Assembly: GCF_044704955.1 (NCBI RefSeq)
Contig: NC_091984.1
Location: 177,754,001-177,818,000, forward strand
Reading direction: 5' to 3'
DNA from: Pristiophorus japonicus
Lineage: Eukaryota
Length of the DNA stretch: 64,000 nucleotides
Positions 60,001-64,000 of the stretch are shown piece after piece (positions within the stretch are counted from its first letter, which is position 1; every line of letters starts with the position of its first letter). The notes below the pieces were generated by a model, which had not been told where the DNA came from, did no database searches, and saw only the letters and a program-made list of their open reading frames with translations. A program made the position numbers and the translations under genes.

Positions 60001-62214
60001 CCCTCTCTCTTACAGATAGCACATTGCACCTGCTTAAAGTTAAATACAGAATTTCTAATAATGTATATCACTACCGTATTGTTGGATTATGTACTGAACT
60101 ATTAATATACACTCAATAAAACTAGAAATTGAACTGACTGGTAAAGGAAATTGTTTCAACTCGAGTATATTAAGCACATGGGAACAGAAATAGTATATTC
60201 AGCGCATCGAGCCTGATCCGCCATTCAATGAAATCTTGGCTGCTCTACATCCTAACCCGCCTTGGTTTGAAGAATCTTAAATCTACTCAATAATACCCTT
60301 ATTTAATAATTTGCCATAATTTGTAATACAAGGACTACTCTGAGAGCAATAACAATAGCATAATGGCATCATGAAAAAAGTTAACTCCGTTTCTAACAAT
60401 GCTGTACAGTTAGTTGAATTATAATTCAATATCGCAATAATATATTCAGCGTTGATTTAAAAAATGGTACTTTAGTTTTCAGAACTAACGATTCGATTTG
60501 TTACGTGGAAAAAAAAAACGGAAGCAAATGTGAAAACAGTTTTTGGAAATGATCCGAAATTCTGCAATGATCGCAAACAGAAATGGTCGTTACACGTCTG
60601 TTCCAGAGGGTGGCGCTGTTACACAGCATAACTGAGAAAGAAGTTACCAATACATACCACAAAAAAGTTTCTGTTGCAGAGGTGCTCATTTAAAATATGT
60701 TACGTTGACAGATTGGTCCGTAAGACGAAACGTGTCATTATATTTATGAGCACGAGATAAATGTTCCTTCAAGCAGGAAGATCCTGCAAAATATATGTTG
60801 CTGTGAAATATAGGTAGTGGAAAGAATTGGAGCGAGGTTTTCAGAACCTTTCGCTCTTCCATCAACCTTTCCATACATATTCGTTAGTTCATTTACACCT
60901 CAGAGATCACAGTACCAATCAGATGAACTTTCAGTACAAAACGCTTGCAACCCTTATAGAACAAAGACAAAAGCACGCAACAGATTTGTTTGAGATTCTA
61001 ATTAAGTTATTCTCTCAGTACCATTGTAACGCACCATTTTCCATCACACCTTAAACTCCAATAGAGGCGCAATTAGGGTGCTAAATAAATACGCGGCCTA
61101 AAATAATTGGGGAATTTTAGGCATAAGTTAGTATAACTCATCTGTATAACGTACCAAATCGCCTTCATCCTTTACGACTATTTGCCGATCCCTGTGGTCC
61201 CGCCCCTAAGTGACAAATGTGAGTTGCTTGCAAATCCCTTTCATCGCATGATCTCTTCAAATTGATACAAGATTTGCAGCTTCAGAGGCTGAAGAAGGCA
61301 CAAATCAGCTCCTCCAGGAACCATTCAAGATATTCTGTTCTATTACCACGGAAAGCCATTTTACACTCGAGTGTAGAAATAACAAATGCCTCTTTTCCTA
61401 TCTCTGACCTCTGCTTTTTAAAATAATAGAGGAAGACGATGACCAGAGATTGGCGGCGCGGAGAGTGATATACCACAAGCGGATACAACACAGCTATCGC
61501 AAGCACCCCGCCCAGAGAGTGCCTAGGCCTCGACTGGCATTCCAGGCGATATCTTGGGTGCTGACTGTGTGGCAACTGCACTGTACAAAGAAAGACATCA
61601 GCTGACTTTGTGACTTGCTCTGAGTCACCCTACATCTTCTCCTCCTCAATCTCCTCCTTGTCCGTTAGATCCTCAAACACTGCATTCCGGCGTCTTGGCC
61701 GACCACTGGCTGAACATAGAATGTTAGATTGGTTGTCCTTCCCAGTCCTGAAATGCCCCTTGAATGTGACGGGGGGGGGGGGGGGCGGGAGGGGGGTTGG
61801 GGGAATAAAAACAGAACATAATGGAAATCTCAGCGGGTCAGACAGCATCTGTGGAGAGAAAAACAGAATTAACGTTTCAGGTCGATAAGCCGTCGTCAAA
61901 ATGGGCGAATATTTGAAATTAACCAATTCTTAAGGAGCTTGGGGAAATCGGGACTGTTGTCGTTCCCTTGAGCACTGAGAAATAACAAGCACGCACGCAC
62001 GCACTCAACTCGTTCTGGACTCACTCCCTCACCCACATTGGTGTCCAACGCAGCCACAGTGGTACGGAAGCCCTCAGCTCCACATCCTTCTATTTGTGGG
62101 GGTGGGGTGGTCAGAGAACACAGGGTTATGACACCCCACGCTACTCTTTGTCCTCTCCCTGGGTGTGATGCATATTCTTGCCCTACAAAGGCAAGAGAGA
62201 AAGGTTAGACTTAC

Positions 62215-62460
62215 GAGCAAGGAAAGTAGAGCATGGAGAGTGTCTTAGCTTCCAGGCTCTGGTAAGGTAATTGAATTCCTTGTAGCTCTGTTCCACTTTT
62301 CTGGGCACTATGGTTGTGGCACTCAGTACCTTTGTCACCTCCATGCACGCCAAACTTTCAATTGCATGTAAGGACTGGGATTTCTGGGGTCTAAGGAGTG
62401 TTCTCGCCCAGGAGGGACTGCAGGTCTCGGCCAGTAAAAGTGAAAGCCCTTTCTCTGGTA
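62215..62460 (-). mobile_element. Harbinger Myb/SANT remnant
   Basis: EVTKVLSATTIVPRKVEQSYKEFNYLTR resembles 13255-13369. Confidence 0.5.
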
Positions 62461-63387
62461 GGTTTCTCCTGTGATTCAGTCATCTGTGAGAATGGGACAG
62501 TTCGGGAAAATTAGGAGCAATTTAAGTTAATTAATTTCAAATCTTTATGACAGAGCTATGTGCTAATTATGTTGTACTCTCCAGCCTGGTCTGAAGAAAA
62601 ATATTCTTGTTCCCCCACTATTGTAGTATTCTAACCTGGCACCGTGAGACTCGTTGCTTTAGTTCCAATTACATTAAAACCAAGCTCGACAATTACACGT
62701 ATTCATGTTAATCTAATGAGATTGGCATGACATTTGAACGTAATTTGACATCGACAGAATGGGCGAATATTTGGGTCTAACTTCCAGGTTGAATCTACGA
62801 AGGATATTGCAGGCAATTTTCATCAATATATACATGTCAGATATGGAAGGATCCTCGTCCCCCTTTTACTGTGTTCACAAGGCTCACTCCGTTCGCTCAG
62901 AGTTACCTCAACCGAGTAGCCGCGATTAACAAAATGACCGTAATAAGAGAAGTTGCTGGGTCGATTGGATCGCAATGGGCATCACATCGCAGCCAATCCC
63001 TCAAAACACTGGCATTGGCACTTCAGAATGAAATGCTGGATGATGACCAAGAGCCACAAGCTTGGAACCTAACCGTGGTCCTGCCTCTGTGCTAACTCAA
63101 AGCAGCCAACCCAACGCATGTATGGAGTGATTCTGGGATCTTGCTGCTCACTGTCTGTCGTGTCTGAGCCATCAATGCAGCCTCCATACATTTGCGTACC
63201 TGGCAATTCATCACTGAAGATGACAAACAGGATTGGGTGGAACATGATTCCTTCTTCATGTGCTTCACTACTGGTGTTGCGATTAATACTGACAAGTCAA
63301 TCGAATATTTATTGTTTGACAAAATTCCCGAACGGCCAACGCTTTTCATGGGTAGCATCACTCCATTGTATTAAGATTGTCCAAAAT

Positions 63388-64000
63388 TACATAGGAACAT
63401 AGGAACAGGAGTTGTTTGTCGGCCACTCGAGCCTGTTTTGTCATTCAATGAGATAATGGTTCATCTGTGTCTGAGGTCCATATAACCTGCCATTGCCCCA
63501 TATCCTTTAATAACTTTGGTTAACAAAAATCTATCAATCTCCGAATTAAAATTAATAATTGACCTACTATCAATTGTCGTTTGCGGAAGAAAACACCAAA
63601 CGTCTGCCACTCTTTCCATGTGAAGTGTTTCCTAACTTCACTCCTAAAGGGCATGGCTTTAATTTTTAGACTATGCCCCCAAGTCCTAGACCCACCAAGC
63701 AGTGGAAATAGTTTTTCTCTATCTACCCTATCAGTGCCTCTTAATAGCTTGAAAACTTCGATCAAATCACCCATTAACCTTCTAAATGCCAAGGAATACA
63801 ACCTTAGTTTGTTTAATCTCTCCTCTTAAATTAACCATTGCGGTTCAGGTATAATTCTGGTAAATCGAGGCCAATATATCCTTCTTTTCGTGTGTGGCTT
63901 AGAAGTGCTCACAGTAACCAGGGTTTATATAGCTGTAGCATAACTTCTACCCCATTGTATTCTATTCCTCTAAATATAAAGGCCAGAATTCCATTAGCCT
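63388..64000 (-). mobile_element. CR1 3' end
   Basis: YSLAFRRLMGDLIEVFKLLRG..SRTWGHSLKI; (TTCCTATG)n tail. Confidence 0.85.

Noticed and set aside
61282-61926. Possible upstream exon(s) or a neighbouring gene on the minus strand
   Set aside because: No recognisable product; lies among Harbinger and Penelope remnants.
62871-63374. ORFs of 60-94 aa
   Set aside because: Weak resemblance to an I-group LINE remnant (..SLKTLALAL..); too degraded to call.

Overview
Eukaryotic genomic DNA, very probably from a cartilaginous fish (inferred from HE1-type SINEs and the CR1/RTE/Penelope/Harbinger repeat mix). Most ORF-track entries are decayed transposon fragments or noise. The real content is one minus-strand, multi-exon gene that the ORF track almost misses: a type II transmembrane C-type lectin (group II, CD209/CD23/CLEC4/CLEC17A-like). 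It runs from an ATG at 56473 through a cytoplasmic exon, a TM exon, up to 17 intact short phase-1/phase-1 stalk exons plus two broken ones, and the first two CTLD exons (7485-7630, 642-754). The last CTLD exon lies outside the window. The stalk comes from nested tandem duplication of exon+intron modules (types A 75 nt, B 96 nt, C 63 nt, D 96 nt) over about 14.4-40.8 kb, giving a predicted coiled-coil stalk of about 456-474 aa whose exons can each be skipped in frame. Paralogous empty sites define the insertions precisely: a full-length RTE LINE with a nested CR1, an RTE-tailed SINE, and a solo LTR with a nested Penelope. Fold-back palindromes and a 650-bp inverted duplication mark the rearrangement breakpoints. 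All exon calls were read by eye from splice sites and reading frame; none has transcript support.
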